The notes under the pieces are model-generated. The model made no database searches. It had not been told where the DNA came from and was given only the letters and a program-made list of their open reading frames with translations. A stretch of 64,000 bases of DNA from Chamaesiphon sp. (GTDB taxonomy: Bacteria; Cyanobacteriota; Cyanobacteriia; Cyanobacteriales; Chamaesiphonaceae). A program made the position numbers and the translations under genes. The stretch spans positions 64,001-128,000 of the forward strand of contig CBDFFH010000039.1 in NCBI GenBank assembly GCA_965246715.1, in the 5' to 3' direction. This document shows positions 33,149-45,017 of this stretch, piece by piece; the first letter of the stretch is position 1; every line of letters begins with the position of its first letter.

Positions 33149-33517
33149 TTACTTGAGGAGTACTCTGGCGATCGCAAAGCCGATGCAACCACAGCCAATC
33201 GCAAAGATAACCGCAATCGAGCAGCGCGCTAACCAGGCAGTGCGACGACGACTGTGGTTGAGATTACTAGGCGCACCGCCCCTCAACCGCTGATTGTGCT
33301 CGGCTGCACGATTGGCAGCGGGCGTGCGACCTGGTGCTCGCGCCTCGATCTCGGCTAATCGGGCAATCAGCCGTACGTTATGATGCCGGATGCGTTCGAT
33401 CTGACGGTGGTTATGTAAAATTTCGGCTTTGAGTTGGACGATATCTGACTCGGTACCAATCTTGTGGTTCGCAAGCTCTCGGGATGAGTTGGCTCGCTGT
33501 GACGGTGACGATCGCAC
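33149..33517 (-). CDS. hypothetical protein (coiled coil plus C-terminal TM helix)
   Basis: Heptad-like segment and hydrophobic C-terminus; start uncertain. Confidence 0.4.
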   Translation of the reverse strand: MRSSPSQRANSSRELANHKIGTESDIVQLKAEILHNHRQIERIRHHNVRLIARLAEIEARAPGRTPAANRAAEHNQRLRGGAPSNLNHSRRRTAWLARCSIAVIFAIGCGCIGFAIARVLLK

Positions 33518-33784
33518 TAAACTTTATCCTTGCTCGGGGTGGTTCGACTACACAATCTAAATTTATTTTAGTGTAGTCTGCTGAACAACCACCGCAAATG
33601 TCCAAGGTCGATCCGGATCTTCAAACTCAGCGGTGTAGATGCCACCAAGCGTCAGATAGCCTGTTAAGATAAGAGACGATCGTTGTAATGTGGTGTCTAG
33701 ATTATCCAATCGAGATCCTGCCGATCGTGCTAAATTTTCATCCCCCGACCCCGTTAGTTCAGTAGTTGCTTGCAACCTGCCATT

Positions 33785-36700
33785 ATGTCTAATCAACGTA
33801 GCTATTACCAGCCAAAATTTGTGCACGAAATGCAGTTGGGGTTGGTGGTTCATGGCGGACTCTCGTTGGCAATCTATACCCATGGTGTTTGCCAAGAATT
33901 TTATAATGCAGTTCGCGGTAGAGGCATCTATAAATTGGTCAAGGCATTGACCGATGCCGATTTAGTAGTGGATCTGATTTCCGGAAGTTCGGCAGGTGGT
34001 ATCAATGGCATTTTATTAAGCTATGCAATTACAAATAGTAACGCGCGCGAATTGGTAGATTTTAGTGCCTTTGCTAGTATTTGGCGCAATAGTGGGGATC
34101 TGCTCGAGTCGATCCGCAAGCCTAGTTTATTTAAATTACAGACAGCAGAATCGATTGGAACTAACGAGAATTTTTATCAGCGGGGTGCAGTGGCAGTCTT
34201 GGCAAGAGGATGGGAGCATAAAATGCCCCGCCCGCCCCAGGAGTGGTATTCAGCTAGCAAAGAATTGGATCTGGCAATTGCTGGGACTAATTATCTGGGC
34301 AGAATCGATCGGACGTTAGATGAAACTGGCATCAATTTAGGGAGCAAGAATCATCGCACGTTATTTCATCTCAAGCACCGCCAAGGTCGAAAAGAACCAT
34401 TCAATCCCAATTATAAAGATCCCGAGTTACCGCGATCGCCAGAGGATACTCATCAAGCTTTAGCAAAATTATGTCAGATTACGGCTGGCACACCGATGAT
34501 TTTTCCATTGGTAGAAGTCGATGTCCGAGATCGTCAAAACTCGATCGATCGCCAGTTAACGATCTGGGGTAAATTGGAGCAACATTATTCACCGGATCCG
34601 GCACTAGAGCGGGGCAATAACAAATTATATTTTCTCGATGGTGGGCTATTAGATAACGCTCCATTTACTTGTGCGATCGATGCCACTCATTATCGGTTGC
34701 CGCATAAACCCGGCCAGCGCAAGCTATTTTATGTCGATCCCAATCCCGAACATTTAAACGAGCGCGTGCAGTTGAGCGGTAGTAAACAAGCCCGAACGAG
34801 CAGAATTTTACAAGCTACAGTATTATCGGTACCGATCTATCAGAGTATTACTAACGATCTGCGTACGATTCACGAACACAATCAAAAAGTTCGCCGCTAT
34901 CAAACACTGATCGATCGAGCCGAAGCGGCCATCGACTCGCAGCAATTACTCGAAAGTGCCGATATCACTCAGTCTCAAATTTATTTGCGCGGTAGATTGT
35001 TTGATTTTCGCGATCGCAATTTACCATTATTACTACATTCAGATCTCAGCTCTCAAAACACTAATTACTCGACGATTCTAGAAAAGATTGAAGTTGTTTT
35101 AACTAATAAATTAGGGAATAAGCAAGATCGCAATCATTATCATAAATTACTCGCTCGATTTGAAGCACAAGTTGTCGATTTAGACGTAGAGTATAGCATT
35201 CGCAAGCATTTTTATCTAATCGATCGGATTGCTGAGTTACCAAAAAGAGCGATCGATAGTGAAACCTATCGACAACTCCAACACTTATCGATGCAACTAA
35301 GTTGCAATATCAAGTTGCTGGAGGTAGTTCGGGCTGGGATCCAGTTATTATTAAAAGATCGGTCTGTTAGTAATTACTTTTACTATTTGATCAATCAAGA
35401 ACCAAACGATCGCCGACTCCGGGCACTAGTCTATGAATTGATTTTTCGACTGCACCGATTTTTACTAGATGAGCGGAGATTTAAGGAATTTATCCCCAAT
35501 AAATCAGATGTAACAACACTCGAACCTATTACCGAGGAATTTTGGCAAAACCTGCCAGAATTTGCCGTCGCCAATAGTCAGACGCGGTGGTTATCGCAAA
35601 CTCAAATTTCTAATATCTTCGCTCAAATCAAGCACCGAATTACCGATCTCCATCAAAGTAACGACCTCCATCGATCGATCTGGATGGATCGGCATTTGGA
35701 GTATGATAACGACGGCAATCGCAGTTTTCCCAGTATCTTAAAACAGATTTCTGCAGTAGCGGAAGCGGCGATCGGTCGCTCGACAAATCAGTATACAGAT
35801 GAATTACTCCGACAGTGGCACGCTTTTGATGCGATCGATCGCGAGCTATATCCATTTGAATATCTGACTAGTTTGAGTGACAAAAAAATTATCAACCCGA
35901 TTTGTATCAGCCCAGAAAATGCGCAATTAGGGATCGGACACGGTAAGAATACTCAAGAAAAACTCGGTGGAAATAAGCTGTACAATATCGGCGGGTTATT
36001 TAAAAAATCTTGGCGATCTAACGATCTCCTGTGGGGACGATTGGATGGATTGAATCGGATTATTGAAAGCATCGTTACACCCCGATCTGTCATGGCTTTT
36101 GCTAATTTCATCAGCCGCGAAGCCGCTAAAACAGATTGCAGTCCGGCACAATATCTAGATTGGTTGATTACCGAATCACTCCCGCATTTATCTGGTGTAG
36201 AACGTCAAAAAATCGCCCGACATCTCCAATATTTAGCACAACCAGAACTCCGAATCGATCGAGCGGAACTTAAACAGATCTTAGCCGATATCGTGCTAGC
36301 CGGACAGCATGAGATTTTGACTAGCGACGTTCACTCGATTGTCGAGGGTCTAGACGAACAACCTTCCTGGTGGCGACCTCCATTAAATAATCGACCTTCA
36401 ACTCAAACTTCGCAGCCAACCAAAATTCTCCCTCAAGTCTCATCAGCACCGACATCAAATCCCCATACGATCGTGCGGATCGTTCATCAATCGCTTACCA
36501 ATCTAGCAACTCAACAAAAGCATTTCTTTCGTAATCAATATCGAGTCGGCGTTGATAAATTATGGGAAAATATGCCCCTAGTTGCCTTGATCGGTTTGTG
36601 TACCAAGCTCGTGTTAACCCTACGGAACCTACTAGTTAAAGTATTTGTGACCGCTGCTGGCAATCCGACAACACGTCAACCACTTTATCATTGGCTCGAT

Positions 36701-36964
36701 GGTCGGTTACAATCACTTTATTGGTGGCTGCAAGGGGGTACGATCTCGATCGGTACCATTCACCGCCGACCACGCATTATCTTGTTACAATTTTTAGGCG
36801 CGATCGCGACAATTAGTGGCTTTGTTTTAGCATTCTTATTATCACCGTTGTGGTTGTTATTCTCGCTTCCTGGCGCTGTAGGTTGCTGGTTTTTACAAAC
36901 TGTCCGGCTCAAACGCATTACTGGTGCCAAGAATAGTCCATTTTTACCACAATCGCGAGAATAA
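33785..36964 (+). CDS. patatin-like phospholipase with DUF3376-like domain and C-terminal TM helices
   Basis: GGLSLAIY, GSSAG nucleophile, DGGLLDN, FKKSWRSND.LWGRLDG. Confidence 0.85.
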   Translation: MSNQRSYYQPKFVHEMQLGLVVHGGLSLAIYTHGVCQEFYNAVRGRGIYKLVKALTDADLVVDLISGSSAGGINGILLSYAITNSNARELVDFSAFASIWRNSGDLLESIRKPSLFKLQTAESIGTNENFYQRGAVAVLARGWEHKMPRPPQEWYSASKELDLAIAGTNYLGRIDRTLDETGINLGSKNHRTLFHLKHRQGRKEPFNPNYKDPELPRSPEDTHQALAKLCQITAGTPMIFPLVEVDVRDRQNSIDRQLTIWGKLEQHYSPDPALERGNNKLYFLDGGLLDNAPFTCAIDATHYRLPHKPGQRKLFYVDPNPEHLNERVQLSGSKQARTSRILQATVLSVPIYQSITNDLRTIHEHNQKVRRYQTLIDRAEAAIDSQQLLESADITQSQIYLRGRLFDFRDRNLPLLLHSDLSSQNTNYSTILEKIEVVLTNKLGNKQDRNHYHKLLARFEAQVVDLDVEYSIRKHFYLIDRIAELPKRAIDSETYRQLQHLSMQLSCNIKLLEVVRAGIQLLLKDRSVSNYFYYLINQEPNDRRLRALVYELIFRLHRFLLDERRFKEFIPNKSDVTTLEPITEEFWQNLPEFAVANSQTRWLSQTQISNIFAQIKHRITDLHQSNDLHRSIWMDRHLEYDNDGNRSFPSILKQISAVAEAAIGRSTNQYTDELLRQWHAFDAIDRELYPFEYLTSLSDKKIINPICISPENAQLGIGHGKNTQEKLGGNKLYNIGGLFKKSWRSNDLLWGRLDGLNRIIESIVTPRSVMAFANFISREAAKTDCSPAQYLDWLITESLPHLSGVERQKIARHLQYLAQPELRIDRAELKQILADIVLAGQHEILTSDVHSIVEGLDEQPSWWRPPLNNRPSTQTSQPTKILPQVSSAPTSNPHTIVRIVHQSLTNLATQQKHFFRNQYRVGVDKLWENMPLVALIGLCTKLVLTLRNLLVKVFVTAAGNPTTRQPLYHWLDGRLQSLYWWLQGGTISIGTIHRRPRIILLQFLGAIATISGFVLAFLLSPLWLLFSLPGAVGCWFLQTVRLKRITGAKNSPFLPQSRE

Positions 36965-37013
36965 CTATGAATTATAATTTCTCAGTTGAACTCATCCAAT
37001 AACCGATCGTCAA

Positions 37014-37553
37014 CTACTTCAAATCCAACAGCCCTTGTTCTTTCAATTTAGGATTAAAGCGGATTTCGGTTTGAACGCCACGTTGTTTGAGTTGGGTGAG
37101 AATAGTTTCTTCGACTCGTCTGGCTACTTGTTTGAGTAGCTTGATTTGCGCGAGGCCATCGAGATCGGCAAAGCTAGCGCTTTCGGCTGCGGTCATGGCA
37201 CAATTGGTAGCGATCGGATCTAACCAAATCGAGCTGTCTGTATCATTACCAATCGGGATGCTGCCATTTTCCGCAATCCAAACCGACTGAACTTCAGTGA
37301 GAAATGTCCGATTCGGCCGCTCGATCGTGGTAGCTTTGAGCCAATAACAAGATTCCGGTCGTCTTACCAAATGTTGCTTGAGACTCAGATAAATATCGCG
37401 GGAATAACCGACAAATTGCAAGATCTGTTGTGAATCGAAAATAGCATAAATACCGACCCGATTTTGCAATTCACTAGGTAGTTCTCCGGCATCGTTAATA
37501 TATGGTAAAAACTCCAAGCTGTGGAGACTTGGAAGATCGTTAGGCGAGGACAT
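37014..37553 (-). CDS. GIY-YIG-like family protein
   Basis: VGIYAIFD..QILQFVGYSRD..LSLKQHL.R.P. Confidence 0.75.
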   Translation of the reverse strand: MSSPNDLPSLHSLEFLPYINDAGELPSELQNRVGIYAIFDSQQILQFVGYSRDIYLSLKQHLVRRPESCYWLKATTIERPNRTFLTEVQSVWIAENGSIPIGNDTDSSIWLDPIATNCAMTAAESASFADLDGLAQIKLLKQVARRVEETILTQLKQRGVQTEIRFNPKLKEQGLLDLK

Positions 37554-37565
37554 ATTTAGTAATTA

Positions 37566-37901
37566 TTAGTTAGAAATCTTCTCGATTTTTTGATAAATCG
37601 CACACAAACGACTGGGTTGAAAAATCTTCGCCGCGAACATAAAATTAGGCGGTACGTTGATAATTAAATAATCTGGAGATTGATAATATTGTTCTAGTTC
37701 CGCAGGCATCCCTTTGGGCGTGCCCGGACTGTAAGGGACTGGCTGAAATAATAGTTCGGTAAATAGGATAGTTTGACACTGAGCTTGTTCGGCAACTTGT
37801 TGGATAAATTTTTCTCCAGTAAGTAATCCAAATAAAATCGTTTGTACTTGTGATTCGAGGGTAAAACTACCATCAAAGTTTTCAACTACTTTTATCTTCA
37901 T
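37566..37901 (-). CDS. hypothetical protein
   Basis: 111-aa ATG ORF, co-oriented 12 bp upstream of the GIY-YIG gene. Confidence 0.55.
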   Translation of the reverse strand: MKIKVVENFDGSFTLESQVQTILFGLLTGEKFIQQVAEQAQCQTILFTELLFQPVPYSPGTPKGMPAELEQYYQSPDYLIINVPPNFMFAAKIFQPSRLCAIYQKIEKISN

Positions 37902-38121
37902 AAACGAGTAGGTAGTTATCTATGTAATCTAAATTTTAATGACTAGCGATCGATTGTTAGTCACTGGGGGTAGCTGTTCTATTTGCAAATATTCGCACTG
38001 GCAGCTAGATCCGATCGACAGACAGCAGCTCGTCGGTTCGCTCGAACCGCTGTGTAAATTAAATTGCTCTGTTGTAAAACTTAGAAGGTGGGCATTACCC
38101 ACCCTCACTCGCCACTATTTA

Positions 38122-39547
<1,426 letters not shown>

Positions 39548-39596
39548 CTATTCACAAGCCACTATCTAATAGTCCCTAATCCCTATTCCCTACTTC

Positions 39597-40505
39597 ATGG
39601 ATTACTACATCGCGCCTGCTTTTCTCGATAAATTAGCCGTACATATCACCAAGAACTTCCTCGATCTGCCTGGGGTAAAAGTGCCGCTGATTTTGGGCGT
39701 ACACGGGCGTAAAGGCGAGGGAAAAACTTTTCAGTGCGAATTAGTCTTCGATCGGATGCAGGTGGAAGCAATCCACATTTCGGCGGGAGAATTGGAGAGT
39801 CCCGATGCGGGTGATTCGGCGCGATTGATTCGGCTGCGGTATCGCGAAGCGGCGGAGATCGTCAAGGTACGCGGGCGAATGGCGGTACTGGTAATTAATG
39901 ATATCGATGCTGGTGCGGGGAGATTCGACCAAGGTACCCAGTATACAGTCAATACCCAATTGGTCAACGCTACGCTGATGAATATTGCCGATAATCCAAC
40001 TAACGTCCAGTTGCCTGGTAGTTATGATTCGACACCGTTACCTCGGATTCCGATTATTTTGACTGGGAACGATCTATCGACGCTTTACGCACCGTTGGTT
40101 CGCGATGGTCGGATGGAAAAGTTTTATTGGGTACCGACCCGCGAGGATAAAATCGGGATTGTCAGTGGTGTATTTGCACCGGATAATATTTCCCACCGTG
40201 AAATTGTCGGCTTAGTCGATCGATTTCCCGAGCAAGCAGTCGATTTTTTTGCTGCGATGCGCGCGCGGATTTATGACGAGCAAATTAGGGAATTTATTCA
40301 CAAAGTTGGTTTGGAGCGACTATCGATCGAAGTTGTCAATCCTGTTAGCGGTATCAAGCCCACTTTTCCCAAGCCATATTTTACAATCGATCGCCTAGTT
40401 GAATTTGGTAATATTTTAGTACAGGAACAAAAATCTGTTTCTGAGAGTAGATTGGTCGAGGAATATAACCGAGTTAGATACGGTCATGCGCCTAAATCTT
40501 TGTAA
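39597..40505 (+). CDS. Rubisco-activase-like AAA+ protein (no C-terminal RbcS-like domain)
   Basis: HITKNFL, GVHGRKGEGKTFQCE, INDIDAG.GR, LYAPL.RDGRMEKFYW. Confidence 0.88.
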   Translation: MDYYIAPAFLDKLAVHITKNFLDLPGVKVPLILGVHGRKGEGKTFQCELVFDRMQVEAIHISAGELESPDAGDSARLIRLRYREAAEIVKVRGRMAVLVINDIDAGAGRFDQGTQYTVNTQLVNATLMNIADNPTNVQLPGSYDSTPLPRIPIILTGNDLSTLYAPLVRDGRMEKFYWVPTREDKIGIVSGVFAPDNISHREIVGLVDRFPEQAVDFFAAMRARIYDEQIREFIHKVGLERLSIEVVNPVSGIKPTFPKPYFTIDRLVEFGNILVQEQKSVSESRLVEEYNRVRYGHAPKSL

Positions 40506-40584
40506 TTGAATTCAGTCTTTTAAGGCGAAGGACAGCCGGATCGGGGAACAATTAAAACCCCTACTGTTTGTTAGAAACTACCAT

Positions 40585-41544
40585 ATGCAAATTATTACTT
40601 ACAGTCCGGCATATACGATCGTCCCCACCTATGAGTGTTTCAATCGGTGTAGCTACTGCAATTTTCGGGTCGAGCCTGGCGCAGACACATGGATGACAAT
40701 CGATCGAGCCACTCAAATTCTCACCGCACTTCAGGGTAAAAATATCTCTGAAATCTTGATTTTGAGTGGTGAAGTTCATTCCCAATCTTCCCGTCGCCAA
40801 GCTTGGATCGATCGGATTTACGATCTGTGTAATCTCGCCCTAGATCTGGGCTTTTTACCACATACTAATGCTGGCCGTCTGAGCTTCATTGAAATGAAGA
40901 AATTAGCAGAAGTTAATGTTTCAATGGGTTTGATGTTAGAAGCTCTCGCTCCAGAATTACTCCAAAGCGTTCATCGTCATGCACCGAGTAAATTACCTGC
41001 AATTAGACTCGAACAACTCAATTGGGCTGGCGAACTAAAAATTCCCTTTACGACGGGTTTGCTCTTAGGCATCGGTGAAGCTGAAACCGATTGGGAAATT
41101 AGTTTGCAAGCGATCGCCGATATTCACGATCGCTGGGGAAACATTCAGGAAGTTATTCTACAACCATATAGTCCTGGCTCTCAGGAGAGTTTCGCTGAAT
41201 TGGGTTTCGATATCCAGAAGTTACCTCAAGTAATTCAGTCAGCTAGACAGATATTACCCGCAGATATTACGATTCAAATACCACCTAATTTAATCCCTAA
41301 TCCAGAGTTACTGTTAGCTTGCCTGACAGCGGGGGTAAGAGATTTGGGTGGAGTCGTACCCAAGGATGAAGTAAATCCTGACTATCATCATTTGCAGTTA
41401 TCCGAATTGACTGCATTATTAGCTAACGCTGGTTGGACATTACAGCCGAGATTACCAGTATACCCACAGTATGAAAGTTTGTTGAGCGATCGATTGCGAG
41501 CTTGCGTGCGGAAAAAAGATCGATTCACGATCGAGATCTTGTGA
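40585..41544 (+). CDS. cofG: FO synthase subunit CofG (radical SAM)
   Basis: TYS, CFNRCSYCNF, PHTNAG, SMGLMLE, PFTTGLLLGIGE, IQ.PPNL. Confidence 0.9.
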   Translation: MQIITYSPAYTIVPTYECFNRCSYCNFRVEPGADTWMTIDRATQILTALQGKNISEILILSGEVHSQSSRRQAWIDRIYDLCNLALDLGFLPHTNAGRLSFIEMKKLAEVNVSMGLMLEALAPELLQSVHRHAPSKLPAIRLEQLNWAGELKIPFTTGLLLGIGEAETDWEISLQAIADIHDRWGNIQEVILQPYSPGSQESFAELGFDIQKLPQVIQSARQILPADITIQIPPNLIPNPELLLACLTAGVRDLGGVVPKDEVNPDYHHLQLSELTALLANAGWTLQPRLPVYPQYESLLSDRLRACVRKKDRFTIEIL

Positions 41545-41623
41545 ATAAATATACACCCGATCGCTTTACTAATATTAACTTCGATCGTAGGGTAACCTAA
41601 TTTTATCTTTTATTCAGCAGGCA

Positions 41624-42421
41624 CTAATTGTCAATATTGTAATTAATGTAAAATTCCTTTGGGCTAGGAAAAGTTTCCAAAATATCATCCATGCTACTCA
41701 ATTCAAATAACATTTTGATTTGCCGATCGATCGAACAAATAGATAATTGACTGTTGACTTCCCGCACCTTTTGAGAAGCCAATACCAAAGAGGCTAATCC
41801 AGAACTATCCATAAAAGTCAGATTTTGACAATCCAATAGCACATTACTAAAACCAGCATTAGCCATTTCAATAATCTCTCGCCGCAATTGGCTACAGTTA
41901 GTTACATCCAAAACACCAATAGGTTGAATCACTTTGACAGGAGCAGCCAGACAAGTCACCGTTCCTGTCGCTAGTTGGAATTGTGCTGTCATAGGTTGCA
42001 AAGACGATTCCATCGCTCGTTCGAGTTCTTGGGCGTACTGAGTTATCATCATTGTCTGTTTTTCTAAGCGGATAGAGATCGCCTCACGCAGCTCTCCAGG
42101 TGTAAATGGTTTGGTGAGATAGTCATCTGCGCCTAAAGACATACCTTTGCGAAAATCGGCTTTAGTCGCATTAGCAGACAGAAAGATAAACGGAATTTTG
42201 AGCGTGTCGGGATCTTGACGTAGCGCAACTAGCACATTGTAGCCATCGAGTTCGGGCATCATGACATCGCAAATAATTAAGTCGGGATGATGCTCTTGCG
42301 CTAATTGCACGCCAATTTTGCCATTTTCGGCTGTTAAGACATCAAAGCCTTCTAATTCTAAAATTTCTTGAATGTTTTCGCGAATTTTGGTATCGTCTTC
42401 GATCGCTAAGATAGTAGTCAT
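41624..42421 (-). CDS. response regulator: REC domain fused to a STAS (anti-sigma antagonist) domain
   Basis: IEDD/CDVMMP/LTKPF receiver motifs; C-terminal G.LD, LLD..NLTFMDSSGL STAS motif. Confidence 0.85.
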   Translation of the reverse strand: MTTILAIEDDTKIRENIQEILELEGFDVLTAENGKIGVQLAQEHHPDLIICDVMMPELDGYNVLVALRQDPDTLKIPFIFLSANATKADFRKGMSLGADDYLTKPFTPGELREAISIRLEKQTMMITQYAQELERAMESSLQPMTAQFQLATGTVTCLAAPVKVIQPIGVLDVTNCSQLRREIIEMANAGFSNVLLDCQNLTFMDSSGLASLVLASQKVREVNSQLSICSIDRQIKMLFELSSMDDILETFPSPKEFYINYNIDN

Positions 42422-42499
42422 CTTGAATTATGAGGTAGGTATAGGGGATGGGTGGTAGTGCTTGACGATCGATATTTACATCTATAGATTTTTAATAGT

Positions 42500-42868
42500 T
42501 TAAGATTCAATCTGCATTGCATCAATTGCTTTACAGATCTGTTTGGGTGTAAATGGCTTGGTCAAATAATCATTCGCACCTAATTTCAAACCTTTTTCGC
42601 GATCTTCATCTGTAGATTTTGCAGATAAAAAGATAAAGGGAGTTTTGATGGTGGATGGATTTTGGCGGAGCGAAGAGATCACGCCATAGCCATCGAGTTC
42701 TGGCATCATTACATCACAAATTATCAAATTAGGTTGCTGCTCGATTGCAAGTTTTAAGCCAATTTTACCGTTTTCAGCAGTTAGGACATCAAAATCTTCC
42801 ATTTCTAAAATTTCTTGGAGATTTTCGCGAACGTCATGTTCGTCTTCGATTACTAAAATAGTTGTCAT
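42500..42868 (-). CDS. single-domain response regulator
   Basis: IEDE, CDVMMP, LTKPF; close paralog of the downstream REC domain. Confidence 0.9.
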   Translation of the reverse strand: MTTILVIEDEHDVRENLQEILEMEDFDVLTAENGKIGLKLAIEQQPNLIICDVMMPELDGYGVISSLRQNPSTIKTPFIFLSAKSTDEDREKGLKLGANDYLTKPFTPKQICKAIDAMQIES

Positions 42869-42904
42869 AAAGTTAGGGAATAGGGGGAAATAGTGATTCT
42901 AGCT

Positions 42905-44152
42905 TTAATTTAGAGGTAAATTGACAATGAATGTCGTACCAACATCGAGTTCACTAGTAAGATCGATCGTGCCACCATGTAGATCCACACATCGCTTGAC
43001 AATGGACAAACCTAAGCCAGTGCCAGGAATATTATTGACGTTGTTACCGCGATGGAAGGATTGAAATAAACGAACTCGATCTTCATCGGAAATTCCAATC
43101 CCGCGATCGGCAATTTTGAAGATAACTGTGTCACTGGCAAATATAATATCAAACCGAACTTGGTTATCTCCTATTGTGTATTTAATGGCATTGGAGAGCA
43201 AGTTAGTCAGGATTTGACGGACTAATTTTATGTCCATAAACACTAAAAACTCTTCCCCGAGATTGCTAATGGCATTAGTATGATTAATAGTCAGGTTAAA
43301 GCGACCTTTTGCATTGCTACTAATTTCGAGTTCTTCGATGAGTTCGTGACAAAAAGCGATCGGATCGAATGACGATCGCTTACACTCTAGTTTGCCCGCA
43401 TCTGTTTGATAAATTAATAGAATATCCTCTAATAACGTTGTCATATGCTTGACAGCAGATTGAATCCGCTGCCAATGCTTGAGCTTTTTGGGTCGATCGA
43501 GTTTATGGTCGTAGTCTTCAAGCAATCCCGTCGATGAGGAGATGATTCCTAAAGGTGTCCGAAATTCATGAGAAGCCGTAGTAATAAAGCGAGTTTTTAA
43601 CTCGCTTAGTTCCTTTTCCTGAATTAAGGCTTTACGAATTTCGATCTTCTGTTTGGCCAGCTTATCGGCCAATCTTTTGGCATCTTTGAGCGAAGTACTT
43701 TGGGCTTGAAGTAAAAACAAGAAATCAGCAACCGGATCGTGAAGGGCAAAGTCAGATAGTTTGAGCTTGAAATCAGCCATTGTATTAGTATCGGTGATCC
43801 ACGGCGATCCCAGAAACAGAATAACCTCTTCATAATCAACGTATACTATTTGTCCCTTGAGTAGCATTCCATTTTTAAGTGATTCTAACAAGAATAGCGA
43901 TCTGGGATAGGCACGAATAGCATCAAAATCAGTGACTACATTGGGGCGTTTAATCTCAAAATGTTGTTGAAATTTTTTATAGCTTAAAATTTCAGGATAT
44001 AAACGCTTGATTACAGGTCCGATATGAATAATTTCCAAGTTGCGGTTTAAAACCAGGTAAAATGGAAAAATCGTCGCAAAGAAATCAGGGAGTGGTGAAA
44101 ACTCTGGTGTCGATACATATTCAGCAATGGAGATATTTTCGGGAAAACTCAT
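42905..44152 (-). CDS. HNOBA(PAS-like)-domain histidine kinase
   Basis: F...FPF, LKGQ, FLGSP, L.DFA.HD HNOBA motifs; SHEFRTPL, NLLSNAIKY, DRGIGI, GTGLGL. Confidence 0.9.
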   Translation of the reverse strand: MSFPENISIAEYVSTPEFSPLPDFFATIFPFYLVLNRNLEIIHIGPVIKRLYPEILSYKKFQQHFEIKRPNVVTDFDAIRAYPRSLFLLESLKNGMLLKGQIVYVDYEEVILFLGSPWITDTNTMADFKLKLSDFALHDPVADFLFLLQAQSTSLKDAKRLADKLAKQKIEIRKALIQEKELSELKTRFITTASHEFRTPLGIISSSTGLLEDYDHKLDRPKKLKHWQRIQSAVKHMTTLLEDILLIYQTDAGKLECKRSSFDPIAFCHELIEELEISSNAKGRFNLTINHTNAISNLGEEFLVFMDIKLVRQILTNLLSNAIKYTIGDNQVRFDIIFASDTVIFKIADRGIGISDEDRVRLFQSFHRGNNVNNIPGTGLGLSIVKRCVDLHGGTIDLTSELDVGTTFIVNLPLN

Positions 44153-44207
44153 TGTGGTATAACCTGTCTGGAACCGCTAGTAAGACAATAGTGAGGTGAA
44201 GTTTAGA

Positions 44208-44795
44208 TTAGTTGTGATTGCTATGAAGCAAGTGTTTGAATGGACATTTTGGTTGATGACCGATCGATAATTCCTGATGGTCGTTACCTCGCTCTTTGCT
44301 GTTGGTAAGCTGAATATCAACATCAGTATCGAATTTTTCTCCCAAACCTTTGAGCATTCCTACCACCATTGGTGTCAAGCCAGGGCGCTCTGAATAGTAA
44401 TGTAGTTTCAGTGACTCCTGTTCTAGATCGGAGCAGAGGAAACTAGGTGGTTGCAGTTCGGGGAAACTCAAGCCCACACGGGCATGAAGATTGTCCAGAT
44501 TTTGCAGAAATTCAGGTAAATTATCACCTGCCATTTCCATCAGCGATCCAAACCCTTCAGCGGCAGTAAAGAGCAACCAATATTTGCCAAATGCTTCTAA
44601 AATATCTGTTGCTGGCATTTCCATGACGGCACTAGCAGCATCGACGAGTCGATACGTGATGTCATCGGGATAGGAATCCATGCTAATAAAAGCTTCGATC
44701 TCCACTTCTGCCTCGGATTTTATTTCCTCCCAGGTTTCTTCACCATATTGGCTGCAAACCATATCTTCTAAGCCTTTATTTACTAATCCAAACAT
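44208..44795 (-). CDS. H-NOX heme NO-binding protein
   Basis: MFGLVN..L, NLDNLH (proximal His), PPSF, YYSER (YxSxR). Confidence 0.93.
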   Translation of the reverse strand: MFGLVNKGLEDMVCSQYGEETWEEIKSEAEVEIEAFISMDSYPDDITYRLVDAASAVMEMPATDILEAFGKYWLLFTAAEGFGSLMEMAGDNLPEFLQNLDNLHARVGLSFPELQPPSFLCSDLEQESLKLHYYSERPGLTPMVVGMLKGLGEKFDTDVDIQLTNSKERGNDHQELSIGHQPKCPFKHLLHSNHN

Positions 44796-45017
44796 CAGTA
44801 ATTGCTCCTTGTGGAAAGTGGATGGGTCGGAGTGTGGATGGGTCGGAGTGTGAGAGTGTTGATGTGCGAACGCTTTCGTCTACCCATTCACCAATCCACC
44901 AACTTACATTCCTATTTAGAGTACCCACATTCGGCAGCTAGATTAGTGCATTATTTCTGTTTCTATCGATCGTAAATCGATCTCAACTCCTATCCACCCA
45001 TCCACTCATCCACCCCT

